NCBI GenBank assembly: GCA_001724265.1
Contig: MEDY01000217.1
Coordinates: 1 to 49,244 of the forward strand
Direction of reading: 5' to 3'
Origin: Rhizaria sp. SCN 62-66
Taxonomy: Eukaryota
DNA length: 49,244 bases
This document shows, in pieces, positions 49,133 through 49,244 of this stretch. The notes under the pieces were generated by a model that saw only the letters and a program-made list of their open reading frames with translations, had not been told where the DNA came from and made no database searches. The position numbers and the translations under genes were made by a program. The stretch's first letter is position 1. Each line of letters opens with the position of its first letter.

Positions 49133-49244
49133 TTACTCGGCAGCGACCTCCTCGGCGACGGCCTCCTCCTCAGCGGGGCGGTCGACGGTGACGCCGGCCA
49201 TCTCGAGCTGGGCCTCGAAGTCCTTGATGTGCTCGACGCCGCCG
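49133..49244 (-). CDS. 3' end of an unidentified gene (partial)
   Basis: Open frame ...GGVEHIKDFEAQLEMAGVTVDRPAEEEAVAEEVAAE* with almost all G/C third positions, ending in TAA at 49135-49133 and followed by AT-rich UTR-like DNA. Confidence 0.7.
   Translation of the reverse strand, partial: GGVEHIKDFEAQLEMAGVTVDRPAEEEAVAEEVAAE

Overview
This is a gene-dense window of eukaryotic nuclear DNA, most likely from a protist. GC-rich exons are separated by short AT/pyrimidine-rich GT-AG introns (106-244 nt), and the proteins are padded with Ala/Ser/Asn low-complexity tracts. I reconstructed 12 complete genes by hand, checking reading frame across every splice junction. In order they encode: a secreted saposin-like protein, a 1857-aa intronless disordered RS/SD/RE protein, a dually acylated roadblock-fold protein, Abitram/FAM206A, an APC amino-acid permease, a CKAP2-like protein, a PH/FYVE TKL kinase, a GPI-anchored Mid1/Frizzled-like cysteine-rich protein, the queuosine salvage protein QNG1, a RAD5/16-like SNF2-RING helicase, a METTL2/6 tRNA m3C methyltransferase and a MORN2-like protein. 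A disrupted gene lies at the left edge and the 3' end of another gene at the right edge. I found no rRNA, tRNA, CRISPR array or recognisable transposon. The most notable observations are: (i) a near-uniform GTACG(Y) 5' splice site with C at +4; (ii) a kinase with about 810 codons between DFG and APE and a FYVE finger nested inside a split PH domain; (iii) a self-anchoring MGNCC-roadblock protein with an in-frame duplicated C-terminus behind its stop; (iv) a CKAP2-like gene with paired MSA/Myb3R-type elements upstream. All family calls come from motif recognition by eye, not database searches.
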